64,000 nucleotides of DNA from Sedimenticolaceae bacterium (GTDB taxonomy: Bacteria; Pseudomonadota; Gammaproteobacteria; Chromatiales; Chromatiaceae). The stretch is from NCBI GenBank assembly GCA_050305975.1, contig JBNLGI010000188.1:186-64185 (forward strand). Direction: 5' to 3'. Position numbers and translations under genes: made by a program. Below the pieces are notes generated by a model that was not told where the DNA came from, did no database searches, and saw only the letters and a program-made list of their open reading frames with translations. This document shows positions 44,872 through 54,508 of this stretch, one piece after another (position 1 is the first letter of the stretch; each line of letters starts with the position of its first letter).

Positions 44872-45339
44872 ATGTACAGACTCCCAGGCTTGATCGTTCT
44901 GGCTTTCGTCATGCTGACTCAGATTGCCAGTGGGGAAGAGATCTACCGCTCCGTGGATGAACAGGGTAATGTCACCTTCACCGACACGCCGCCCGCCGGG
45001 GGTGAGGTCGAGCGTGTGGAACTGCCTCCCAGCCCTTCGGAACAGAGCCGGCAGGCAGCTGAACGGCGCAATCAGGAAATCATGAAAGCGGCCGAGCAGG
45101 CGGATCGTAAGCGCCTACAGGAAAGAGAACAGAAGCAGGCTGGTGTGAAGGCGGCTGAACAGCAGCTGCAGGAAGCGCAGGCGCGTCTGGCCGAGGCCAA
45201 GGAGATCAAGGACGAGGACCGCCAGAACCTGGCCGGCGGCAAGCGAAGAATACAACCGGAGTATTTCGAGCGGGTCAAGCAGGCCGAATTGGAGGTCGAA
45301 AAGGCACGCAAGGCGCTGCGGGAGGCACGTGGCTACTAG
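44872..45339 (+). CDS. DUF4124-domain exported protein
   Basis: Signal peptide, IYRSVDEQGNVTFTDTP, C-terminal coiled coil; GAGGAG RBS. Confidence 0.8.
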   Translation: MYRLPGLIVLAFVMLTQIASGEEIYRSVDEQGNVTFTDTPPAGGEVERVELPPSPSEQSRQAAERRNQEIMKAAEQADRKRLQEREQKQAGVKAAEQQLQEAQARLAEAKEIKDEDRQNLAGGKRRIQPEYFERVKQAELEVEKARKALREARGY

Positions 45340-45417
45340 CAGCGTTTTCATGCAGTGGAGGCCGAGCTACGCCAGAGCCCCCGGTGTCCGGTTAAACTGG
45401 AGCGGCAATAGCGTCTG

Positions 45418-46737
45418 ATGCAGATCTATCTGGTTGGCGGCGCCATCCGCGACAAGCTCTTGGGACGGCCGGTGAAGGAGCGGGACTACCTGGTGACCGG
45501 CGCCAGCGTGGAGCAGATGCTGGCGCTGGGCTACCGGCAGGTCGGCCGCGACTTCCCGGTCTTTCTGCATCCGCAGACTCATGAGGAGTACGCCCTGGCC
45601 AGGACGCGCAGAGCGGGTATCGCATCGGGGCGCCCCCATGCCGATCCCGCGGTATCCCTGGAGCAGGATCTGGCGCGCCGGGACCTGACCATCAATGCCA
45701 TTGCCGAGTCCTCCCGCGGCGAGCTTATCGACCCCTTCGGCGGCGTGGAGGACCTGAAACGCCGGGTCTTGCGCCATGTCTCACCGGCTTTTGCCGAGGA
45801 TCCTGTCCGGGTCTTGCGGGTGGCTCGCTTGATGGCCCGTTATGCCGATCTGGGATTCAGCGTCGCTGAGGAGACCCTGTCACTGATGCAGCAGTTGGTC
45901 GATGAGGGGCGCCTCGACCGGTTGGTGCCGGAGCGGCTGTGGCAGGAGCTGATCGGTGCACTGGGCACCGCTAACCCCAAACCCTTCTTCGAGACCTTGC
46001 GCCGGTGCGGCGCCCTGGCCCGGATCCTGCCCGAGATCGATGCCCTGTTCGGTGTGCCGCAGCCGACCCATTGGCACCCGGAGGTCGATTGCGGAGTGCA
46101 TACCCTGATGGCGCTGGGTGTGGCCTGCGAACTGAGCGAATCCCTGGAGGTGCGTTTCGCCACCCTCACCCATGACCTGGGCAAGGCCAATACCCCCGCG
46201 CACATTCTGCCGAGCCACTATGGACATGAGGAGCGGGGCACACGCCGAATCGATCGATTGTGCCGGCGGCTCAAGGTGCCGAACCGGTTTCGCGAGCTGG
46301 CCCTGAGCTGCGCCCGTTATCACGGTTACACCCACAGGCTCTACACGCTGCGGGCGAAAACGGTGATCAAGTTGCTGATGGGACTGGATGCCTTCCGCCG
46401 ACCGCAGCGGCTGCGGCAGTTTCTGTTGGTGTGTGAGGCCGACTACCGGGGGCGGCAGGGTTTTCATGCCCGCGCCTATCCCCAGGCCGACGACCTCTGG
46501 CGCCTGTATGAGGCTGCGCGCGGGGTCAGTCTGGGCGACGCGGCGGCGGCCGACAGCGGTTGGTTGCGGGGACAGGCGATTCAGCGTGCGCGGCTGCGTC
46601 GTGTCGCCGCCGCGCTGGCGGAGCTGGCGGTCCGCTCCGGATCAGCCGCTGAGACGGTCGAAGATGCGGAAACCGGCGACATAGGTGCCGATGGCGGAGC
46701 CCAGGGTGCTGAGAAAGAAGATCAGCAGGGTGCGTGA
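45418..46737 (+). CDS. cca: Class II tRNA nucleotidyltransferase with HD domain (Cca-like; atypical loop)
   Basis: [43 protein letters not shown], HDLGK. Confidence 0.9.
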   Translation: [439 protein letters not shown]

Positions 46738-47838
46738 GACCCGGTTGCGCCACCAGCCGAGAAGCCGGGTGGTGTCGTTGCGCAGCCGGCCGAAGTCGGC
46801 CACGGTCGGCTTGCGCAGGAAGATCTCGGCCGCGGCGGTCACCATGCCGGCTCCGACCGTCGGATTCAGCGAGGTGATGGGGGCGGCCAGAAAGGCGGTC
46901 AACACGGTCAAGGGGTGGGCCGCAGCCAGTAGCGCGCCAAGGGCGGAGAGACCGCCGTTGATCACCACCCAGTCGAACACCAGTTCCCAGCCGAGACCGG
47001 GATTGCGGCGAAAACCGATGACGAAGCCGGTCAGCACCAGGGCCACGATGAGCCAGGGGATCAGTTTGGGCCAGCGGCTGGGACGCGGCAGGCGGTCGAG
47101 CTGTTCGATCACCTCGCCGGGGGTTCCCGTTGGGCTCTCCAGGTAACGGGCGATGCCGTTGAGATGGCCGGCGCCGACCACCGCCAACAGATTTTCATGA
47201 CCTTGCTGCTCGATCTCCTGCAGCAGGCGGGAGGCCATGTAGCGGTCGCGTTCGTCGATCAGGGGCAGGTAGAGATCCTGGCGGTCTTCGGCGAATTCGG
47301 CAAAGGTGGTCTCCAGGATATCGCCCTCCTTGAGGTGCTCGATCTCCGCTTCCGAGACCTCTTCGCGGGAGACGATGGCGCCGATCAGTCCGGCAAACAG
47401 ACCAAACCGTTTCCACCAGGCCAGGTTACCGGCGACCCGTTTCAAGGTGACGCTGATCTCGCGATCGATCAGCAGCAGGGGGCGGTGGGACTCCTGAGCG
47501 AGCCTTATCGCCTCGCGCTGCTCGGCGCCCGGTTCGATGCCGAACTGCTCGGCCAGACGCTGTTGATAGGCGCCCAGGGCCAGGCTGGCCATGACCATCA
47601 GCACGCGCCGCTCGCGGACCACCTTGAGCAGATCCATTCTCGCCAGGTCGTCCGGATTGAGCAGGGCGTTGTAGCGGCTGGGGCAGAGCTCGACGGCGAC
47701 GGCATCGTAGTCACCGCTCTCGAGCAGGTGTTTGACCTGCTCCGCGCTGGCGCGGGAGACATGGGCGGTACCCAGCAGGGTGATGCGGCTCTCGCCGATG
47801 CGGATCTCGCGCTGGGGTTCCTGGGCTGGTTGAGGCAT
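46642..47838 (-). CDS. TraB/PrgY (pheromone shutdown-like) family membrane protein
   Basis: LLGTAHVS, VAVELC, IDERDRYM, VVGAGHL, C-terminal TM region. Confidence 0.88.
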   Translation of the reverse strand: MPQPAQEPQREIRIGESRITLLGTAHVSRASAEQVKHLLESGDYDAVAVELCPSRYNALLNPDDLARMDLLKVVRERRVLMVMASLALGAYQQRLAEQFGIEPGAEQREAIRLAQESHRPLLLIDREISVTLKRVAGNLAWWKRFGLFAGLIGAIVSREEVSEAEIEHLKEGDILETTFAEFAEDRQDLYLPLIDERDRYMASRLLQEIEQQGHENLLAVVGAGHLNGIARYLESPTGTPGEVIEQLDRLPRPSRWPKLIPWLIVALVLTGFVIGFRRNPGLGWELVFDWVVINGGLSALGALLAAAHPLTVLTAFLAAPITSLNPTVGAGMVTAAAEIFLRKPTVADFGRLRNDTTRLLGWWRNRVSRTLLIFFLSTLGSAIGTYVAGFRIFDRLSG

Positions 47839-48085
47839 TTCTTCAGATGTCTGGTCGTTATTGAAGGCTGTGCATTCTATCAGCCTATGCCGGAAAAATG
47901 CCGGGAAACCGCCGGGGTTTGTGAAAATCTTCTGAAAATCAACCAGGCTGCGGGGCGTCTCGGTTACACTATGGGGGATTGAATACCGGCAGTTGTCGGA
48001 TGTAATGACCACGTGGCTGTCGTCCCCGGGTCCCGGGCCTCGAGACAGATGGCAGGCCACAACCTAACCAGGAACTTAGGTATAG

Positions 48086-48694
48086 ATGAACAAAGATATC
48101 GTTTGGCACAATGCCACCGTCACCCGCGAGCGTCGGGAGAAGCAGAACAAACATCGGGCCAAGCTGCTCTGGTTCACCGGTCTCTCCGGATCGGGAAAAT
48201 CCACCCTGGCGCACGCCTTGGAGGAGGAGCTGCATCAGCGGGGTTGCCGAACCTATGTCTTCGACGGGGACAATGTGCGCCACGGCCTCTGCCGCGACCT
48301 CGGATTTACGGTCGAGGACCGGACCGAGAATATCCGTCGTATCGGCGAGATGGCCAAGTTGTTTGTCGATGCCGGGGTGATTGCGCTGACCGCCTTCATT
48401 TCGCCCATACGTGAGGACCGGGAACGGGCGCGGGGCCTCTTTCCCCATGGCGACTTCATCGAGGTCTACGTGAAGTGCTCCCTCGAAGCCTGCGAAGCGC
48501 GGGATGTCAAAGGGCTCTACAAAAAAGCGCGTGCCGGCGAGATACCCCATTTCACCGGGATCTCGTCACCCTACGAACCACCGTCGAATCCGGAGATCAC
48601 CATCGATACGGAAGCCCGGGAGGTGGAGGCGTGTGTGACCGAAATGATCGGGATCCTGGAAGAGCGGGGCGTGATTCCGACCAATGTGGTATAG
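48086..48694 (+). CDS. cysC: Adenylyl-sulfate kinase
   Basis: [48 protein letters not shown]. Confidence 0.96.
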   Translation: MNKDIVWHNATVTRERREKQNKHRAKLLWFTGLSGSGKSTLAHALEEELHQRGCRTYVFDGDNVRHGLCRDLGFTVEDRTENIRRIGEMAKLFVDAGVIALTAFISPIREDRERARGLFPHGDFIEVYVKCSLEACEARDVKGLYKKARAGEIPHFTGISSPYEPPSNPEITIDTEAREVEACVTEMIGILEERGVIPTNVV

Positions 48695-48816
48695 GACACC
48701 GACGTATCGCCCGTATGGGTCGTGTTCGATCTTTCGCGAGGCCGCCTGAATTCGCCAGCGGGTGGAGCGCCATTACATATCGATGGATACCGGGCAATCA
48801 GCTTGAGGAGAAAGAA

Positions 48817-49221
48817 GTGATCACTCGTTTTCTTGTCGGATTTCTATTGATCTTCCTGCTATCAGGTTGTCAGACCCTGAGTGAGCGCAAGCAGGCCGAC
48901 GCCCTGCAGGAGGTGTTGCGAAATTACGGCGGCGTCGTACGCTGGGGTTCGCTCGATCAGCTGCGCCGTTTCAAGCGGCCAGAGACCGAGACCAGGAGCG
49001 AGCCGGTACCGGAGGCCTCCGCGCAGATTCGCGTCACTCACTACGAAGTGGTTCAGGGGCCCGCCATGGTCGACGGCGACAAAGCGATTCAAACAGCGCT
49101 GATCCAATATGTCTTCGTCGATTCGCAGGTGGTCAAGGAGGTGGTGGATCAGCAGACCTGGGAGTACGACGCGGAGCAGGAGAGCTGGTACCTGATCAGT
49201 CCCCTTCCAAGCCTTAAATAG
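48817..49221 (+). CDS. Hypothetical lipoprotein
   Basis: GAGGAG RBS, GTG start, lipobox LLSGC. Confidence 0.75.
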   Translation: MITRFLVGFLLIFLLSGCQTLSERKQADALQEVLRNYGGVVRWGSLDQLRRFKRPETETRSEPVPEASAQIRVTHYEVVQGPAMVDGDKAIQTALIQYVFVDSQVVKEVVDQQTWEYDAEQESWYLISPLPSLK

Positions 49222-49232
49222 GAGGGCTTGCC

Positions 49233-50276
49233 ATGGACGACAAACACCAGCTGCTGACTCCGGCCGTCCGCCTGCTCCTCTCGCTTGCGGCCTTTGTCGT
49301 CATCGTGGCCGGAATGCGGGCGGCGGAAGCGCTGCTGGTACCCTTCCTGCTCTCGCTGTTCATCGCGGTCATCGCCGCCGCACCGCTGTTCTATCTCAAA
49401 CAGAAAGGCGTCCCGGGCGGGGTCGCCATGCTGATCGTCATCGCCATGATCGTCGTCATCGGGCTGCTGATCGGCTGGATGATCGGCGGTTCGCTGCACG
49501 ACTTCACCGTCAACCTGCCGAAGTACCAGGAGCGGCTGTCGGGTCAAAGCGTCAGGTTGGTTGAGTGGCTGCGCGGTCTGGGCCTGCAGCTCGATCAAGA
49601 GGCGATCAAGACGATCATCGACCCCGGTAAGGCGATGGCCATGGCGGGACAGGTGATCAGCGGTCTCGGCAATGTGCTGGCACAGGCGGTGCTGATCCTG
49701 ATTACCGTGATCTTCATGTTGATGGAGGCCTCGGCCTTCCAGAACAAACTGCATGCCATCGCGGACGATCCCGAGGCCTCCGTGGAGCGGGTGGAGGCGA
49801 TCACCTCCAGCATCAAGCGCTATATGACGATCAAGACCAGCACCAGTCTGCTGACCGGTGTTCTGATCAGTCTCTGGCTATGGGTGCTGGGCGTGGACTA
49901 TCCCGTGCTCTGGGGTGTGGTCGCCTTCCTCTTCAACTACGTGCCCAATATCGGCTCGATCATCGCCGCCGTGCCGGCGGTGCTGCTGGCGCTGGTGCAG
50001 GCGGACGTCTCGACCGCCGTCTGGACCGCGGTCGGTTACCTGGTGATGAACAATCTGGTCGGCAACATGATCGAACCCCGCTTCATGGGTTCGGGGCTAG
50101 GCCTGTCGCCCCTGGTGGTCTTCATTTCGTTGGTGTTCTGGGGGTGGATCCTGGGGCCGGTGGGGATGTTTCTCTCCGTCCCTCTGACCATGACGTTGAA
50201 GATCTTCCTCGACAGCTATGAAGCAAGCCGTCGCATCGGGCTGCTGTTGGGAGGCAGTGTACAGAAGTTGGAATAG
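49233..50276 (+). CDS. AI-2E family transporter (TqsA-like)
   Basis: Multi-TM; FNYVPNIGS, EPRFMG, FWGWILGPVGMFLSVP. Confidence 0.9.
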   Translation: MDDKHQLLTPAVRLLLSLAAFVVIVAGMRAAEALLVPFLLSLFIAVIAAAPLFYLKQKGVPGGVAMLIVIAMIVVIGLLIGWMIGGSLHDFTVNLPKYQERLSGQSVRLVEWLRGLGLQLDQEAIKTIIDPGKAMAMAGQVISGLGNVLAQAVLILITVIFMLMEASAFQNKLHAIADDPEASVERVEAITSSIKRYMTIKTSTSLLTGVLISLWLWVLGVDYPVLWGVVAFLFNYVPNIGSIIAAVPAVLLALVQADVSTAVWTAVGYLVMNNLVGNMIEPRFMGSGLGLSPLVVFISLVFWGWILGPVGMFLSVPLTMTLKIFLDSYEASRRIGLLLGGSVQKLE

Positions 50277-50548
50277 TTTCGCCTGATTGCTTCACCCAGC
50301 AGCTTGTGAAAGCAACTTGCCCGGCGCTTCGTGACGTTTTGTTGTTTACGAACTGTCGGAAAAGTTAACAAGTCTTTTATGCTGTCAAATAGTCCAAGAA
50401 TGAAGGACATACCACACACTTGCCTCGCGTCATATCTTCCTTAGCCTTTGAATCCGCTTGTCTGGCCTGTCGGCTTACCTTACAGCGAGTATTCACAATG
50501 AAATACCTTGATAGAGTAAGTTGGTGAAACCTGCTGGAATTTTAATTC

Positions 50549-50564
50549 TGGTATATAAAATGCC
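50549..50564 (+). promoter_or_regulatory. sigma54 promoter with upstream TGTCGG-N5-TTACA-like boxes
   Basis: TGGTATATAAAATGCC (GG-N10-GC); TGTCGGCTTACCTTACA at 50468-50484 and TGTCGGAAAAGTTAACA at 50354-50370. Confidence 0.65.
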
Positions 50565-50666
50565 ATTGCTATTCTGCATCTTTGAAAATGTTTAGACCAA
50601 GGAGGTGAGTTTTAATATTTGATTACTTTTTGCCACAAATGTACGAAATCAAACAAGGAGCGTGTG

Positions 50667-51269
50667 ATGAAAAAATTGATATCACTTCTCGTGTTGTGCC
50701 TTGGGTTTCTATCGGCTTCTCATGCAGGATTGGTGACAAAAGGGGCTACCTGGAGCACCTCAATTGGAGGTAATGGCCATACGTATTATTTGGTGGAGTT
50801 TCCGTATTACAGCTGGGATGACGCAACAAACGATCTATTCGCAACCGTTGGCCCAGGGTATCACTTGGCAACGATCACAAGCCAGGATGAGCAGGACTTC
50901 TTGCTAGACCATCTCCTTTACAGCTCCAGCCCCAACGTTGACTATTTTGGTGAGTACTGGCTAGGAGGCTATCAATTTCCAGTAAATACTCCCGGCAAAT
51001 ACGATAACTGGGTATGGGTGACAGGCGAGGCATGGAGCTACACCAACTGGTTACCGTTTGAGCCTAATGACCAGGGCGGTCCAGGCTTAGAGCAGCACCT
51101 TGGAATCAAGTATTTCCCAAGCTATTCCGGATGGAATGATGAAGGCTACTACGAGAATATCCAAGGATACATCGTGGAAAGTGTTCCTGAGCCATCCAGC
51201 TTCATTCTCATGGCTGCAGGCTTGGCTGGGCTTGGTGTTGCCAGCCGGAAGCGGCACAAACAGAACTAA
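50667..51269 (+). CDS. C-type-lectin-like domain protein with PEP-CTERM sorting signal
   Basis: NGHTYYLV, HLATITSQDE, YWLGG, WVWVTGEAWSYTNW, EPND, WND; VPEPSSFILMAAGLAGLGVASRKR. Confidence 0.88.
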   Translation: MKKLISLLVLCLGFLSASHAGLVTKGATWSTSIGGNGHTYYLVEFPYYSWDDATNDLFATVGPGYHLATITSQDEQDFLLDHLLYSSSPNVDYFGEYWLGGYQFPVNTPGKYDNWVWVTGEAWSYTNWLPFEPNDQGGPGLEQHLGIKYFPSYSGWNDEGYYENIQGYIVESVPEPSSFILMAAGLAGLGVASRKRHKQN

Positions 51270-51290
51270 CGACATAAAGCTGTTTGCACT

Positions 51291-51314
51291 AACCCCGCTA
51301 ACAGCGGGGTTTGT
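51291..51314 (+). terminator. Terminator after the lectin-like gene
   Basis: AACCCCGCT-AAC-AGCGGGGTT followed by TGT. Confidence 0.65.
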
Positions 51315-51742
51315 CGTTTGGGTGATGAGCGTATGGCAGCTATCTGTACATCGGAATCCGGAATCTTTCCCTGAATAAGAACTGCGGTGACTTTCGGGGT
51401 TTGATGCACTTCTCAATCTCCCTGCTGGCGTATTAGAGCCGTCCATAAAGGTGCGGCATATCAGCATGGAGATTGTTCACGATGAAACGGTTTTTGCGGA
51501 CAATTTCTATCTCGCGTTGAGATGATGGTGTTGTAGTTGGGTGATAGGGGCGTGGTATTAGCGGAAGAGTTCGAGCTGATTCGTGCCTCTGAGCCTTGCG
51601 TCCGCTTGATGAGGGATTCAAAAGTGGCTGTTGCGTGCCGGACTGACGATGCAATCACGTCTAATGGCGCTCACCCCAGCTTGCAGGTGATGACGGCAGT
51701 AACCGGAATCATCACTAAAGATGAGCCAGAACTTTTGTCCAT

Positions 51743-53002
51743 TTAACTGTGCAAAAGGGATTCGGCCCGTGCAATCTTCTCTTCCGCCTTGTCGAGTATC
51801 TTGAGGCTGAGTTTTGGGGTGAGTTCGCCGATATCGAACTTCTTCAGCGCAGGCACCTGATCCAGCGTCGGCAGGTGGGCCATCTCCGGTTTGCCGATGA
51901 AGGTATGCAGCTGGGCGATGATGACCAGGTCAGCGTAGTCCGCCTTGCCTTCATGGACGCGCAGCCAATGCTCCGCCTCTTCGGCTACCTGGATCAGGTC
52001 TTCGATAAATCCCCAGTTGCGCAGAATGGCGCTGCCGATACGGCCGCGCATGTCCGTCATCACCTGTTCGAGCTTCTCGTCGTCGTTGGCCACTTCGGGG
52101 AAACGCTCGGCATAACTGAGGATGGCCACATTTCCGATATCGTGCAGCAATCCGGCCAACAGCGCATGCTCCGGATTGAATTCGCCGGTGATCTTGGCCA
52201 GTACATAGCTGACTGCGCTCACCTTGACGCTGTGTTCCCACAGCTTCCGCATGTGCTGTTTCAATACCGAAGAGCGGGTTTTGAAAAGCTCCCGCAGGGC
52301 AAAGGTCAGCACCAGCTTGTGGGTGGTGTCCGCTCCGAGGCGGATGATCGCGGCGGCGCAGGAGTCGACGGGGGTGACCCCGGCATAGAGGGGGCTGTTG
52401 GCGGCGCGGATCAGTTTGGCGGTGATCACCGGATCGGTCTGGATGACATTGGCCAGTTTTCGTGCGTTGGTGTTCTCGTCGCGCATGGCGCGGCCGAGCC
52501 GCACGGCCACGTCAGGCAGGCTGGGCAGAATCAGCTGGTCCTGCTCCAGATCCTGCAGCAGCGCGTGGGAGAGATTGTTCTCCGTCGCGGTCTGGTCGTA
52601 TGGACCGGACTCTGGAGGCAACTCGGTGGCGGTAATGCCTTCAGCATCGCCGCCCATGAGTCCGTTCAGAAGATCACCGTCGATCATCAGGTAGTCGACC
52701 GTGGTGATCGCTTCCACGGTGTAGCGACGTGGAATCAGATTGGCGACAGGCGAGTTGAACTGCGAAGTGCTGTTGTCGATCTCGGTCACCCTGCCATCGG
52801 TCGAGGTGAGGCGCAGGCGTCCCTCCAGCAGATAGAGACTGAAGCGGGCGGTATCCCCCTCCTGGATCAGGGTCGTACCCTTGCCGGCGGAGTGGATCTG
52901 CAGTGAGCGGGCCAGCAGCTCTCGCTGAACATCGTCGAGCCGGTCGAGCGGCTGATAGGTCTTCAATGTCTCCGGCGTGGGATGCCTATACTGTTCGTTC
53001 AT
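51743..53002 (-). CDS. cNMP-binding + HDOD domain protein
   Basis: N-terminal cNMP-like (LIQEGD...LLEGRL, PRRYTV); LPSLPDVA, DPVITAKLIRAANSP, AGLLHDIG; AAGGAGG RBS. Confidence 0.85.
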   Translation of the reverse strand: MNEQYRHPTPETLKTYQPLDRLDDVQRELLARSLQIHSAGKGTTLIQEGDTARFSLYLLEGRLRLTSTDGRVTEIDNSTSQFNSPVANLIPRRYTVEAITTVDYLMIDGDLLNGLMGGDAEGITATELPPESGPYDQTATENNLSHALLQDLEQDQLILPSLPDVAVRLGRAMRDENTNARKLANVIQTDPVITAKLIRAANSPLYAGVTPVDSCAAAIIRLGADTTHKLVLTFALRELFKTRSSVLKQHMRKLWEHSVKVSAVSYVLAKITGEFNPEHALLAGLLHDIGNVAILSYAERFPEVANDDEKLEQVMTDMRGRIGSAILRNWGFIEDLIQVAEEAEHWLRVHEGKADYADLVIIAQLHTFIGKPEMAHLPTLDQVPALKKFDIGELTPKLSLKILDKAEEKIARAESLLHS

Positions 53003-53018
53003 AGTGCACCTCCTTTCC

Positions 53019-53987
53019 TCAGCAGCCGCAACGTACCGGCGCGGGTTGATGCAACTGCAGGGTGCCGACCAGGCGGTCGACTCTCGCAAGTTGATGTCGC
53101 TGCAGATAGTCCTTTATCCCCTGGTTGATTTTTTTGCACACCAGCGGGTCGTAGAATAGCGCGGTTCCGATGCCGACTGCGCTGGCGCCTGCAATAATGA
53201 ACTCTAGCGCATCCTCCGCCGAGGTGATGCCGCCCTGGCCGATGATCGGGATGTCATGCTCGCGGCAGACCTGATAGACCTGATGCACCTTGAGCAGGGC
53301 GACCGGCTTGATGGCGGGTCCGGAGAGACCGCCCTGGTTGTTGCCGATTATCGGCACCCGGCTTTCAATGTCGATGGCCATGCCCATCAAGGTGTTGATG
53401 ACCGAAAAGGCGTCGCTGCCGGCCTCGATGCAGCCGCGGGCGTTGGCGGCGATGTCGGTCTGGTTGGGCGAGAGCTTGGTGATCAGCGGCTTGCGCGTGG
53501 CTTTGCGGCAGGCCTCGACCACCCGGGCCGACATGGCGGGATCGTTGCCGAAGGCGACGCCGCCCTCCTTCACGTTGGGACAGGAGATGTTGATCTCGAT
53601 GGCGTCGATGGGGGAGTCGTCGAAGCGGCGGGTGACCTCGTAATACTCTTCGACCGTAGAGCCCGAGACATTGGCGATGAAGCGGGTCTCGCTGAAATCG
53701 AGGGTCGGCAGGATGTCGTTGACCACCTTGTCGACACCGGGATTCTGCAGGCCAATGGCATTGAGCATGCCGTCCGGTGTTTCGTAGACCCGGTGCGGGC
53801 GGTTGCCCAGGCGCGGTTCCAGGGTGGTACCCTTGAGACAGACGGCACCGGTATCGCGATTGCTGAAGCCGTTGACCCGTGTGTACTCTTCGCCGAAACC
53901 GACACAACCGGAGAGGAGTACGATTGGGGTGTTGAACGACATACCGCAAAATTCGGTACGCAGTGGGGACGGGGTGCTGCTGCTCAT
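53019..53987 (-). CDS. pyrD: Dihydroorotate dehydrogenase, family 1 (1B-like) catalytic subunit
   Basis: MLNAIGLQNPG, EINISCPN catalytic Cys, KLSPN, INTL, GGLSGPAIKP; no N-terminal membrane domain. Confidence 0.9.
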   Translation of the reverse strand: MSSSTPSPLRTEFCGMSFNTPIVLLSGCVGFGEEYTRVNGFSNRDTGAVCLKGTTLEPRLGNRPHRVYETPDGMLNAIGLQNPGVDKVVNDILPTLDFSETRFIANVSGSTVEEYYEVTRRFDDSPIDAIEINISCPNVKEGGVAFGNDPAMSARVVEACRKATRKPLITKLSPNQTDIAANARGCIEAGSDAFSVINTLMGMAIDIESRVPIIGNNQGGLSGPAIKPVALLKVHQVYQVCREHDIPIIGQGGITSAEDALEFIIAGASAVGIGTALFYDPLVCKKINQGIKDYLQRHQLARVDRLVGTLQLHQPAPVRCGC

Positions 53988-54022
53988 GAACTTATCGTTT
54001 TTCTCCAGTCAGGGTTGAGGGG

Positions 54023-54496
54023 ATGTTTCACGTCGTACTCTACGAACCGGAGATCCCGCCCAATACGGGAAACATCATACGCCTATGCGCCAATAGTGGC
54101 AGCAAATTGCATCTGATTCACCCCCTCGGATTCCAATTGGACGACAAACGGCTGCGCCGGGCCGGGCTCGACTATCACGAGTGGGCCGAGGTCTCGGAAC
54201 ACCTCTCGCTGGAGGCGTTCGAGAAAGCCGTCAAGCCGCCGCGGTTGTTTGCCTGTTCGACGCGGGGGCGTCGCTGCTATACGGAGGTCGACTATCGGCC
54301 GGGAGATGCGCTGTTGTTCGGGCCGGAGACGCGGGGGCTGCCGCAAGCGCTACTCGAGCGGCTGCCGGCGGAGCACCGTTTGCGCATACCCATGCTGCCG
54401 AACAGCCGCAGTCTCAATCTGTCGAACGCCGCCGCTCTGATGGTCTACGAGGCCTGGCGGCAGCAGGGATTCGCCGGCGCGGCTGCAGGCCTCTGA
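54023..54496 (+). CDS. trmL: tRNA (cytidine/uridine-34 2'-O)-methyltransferase TrmL
   Basis: [32 protein letters not shown]. Confidence 0.95.
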   Translation: MFHVVLYEPEIPPNTGNIIRLCANSGSKLHLIHPLGFQLDDKRLRRAGLDYHEWAEVSEHLSLEAFEKAVKPPRLFACSTRGRRCYTEVDYRPGDALLFGPETRGLPQALLERLPAEHRLRIPMLPNSRSLNLSNAAALMVYEAWRQQGFAGAAAGL

Positions 54497-54508
54497 GCGG
54501 ACAGGTCG

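Noticed and set aside
51315-51742. Short ORFs in the lower-GC spacer after the lectin gene
   Set aside because: No RBS, motif or consistent codon bias; probably degraded non-coding DNA.
54024-54039. TGTTTCACGTCGTACT parS-like sequence at the trmL start
   Set aside because: Only the left half matches (4 mismatches); explained by the codons for MFHVV.
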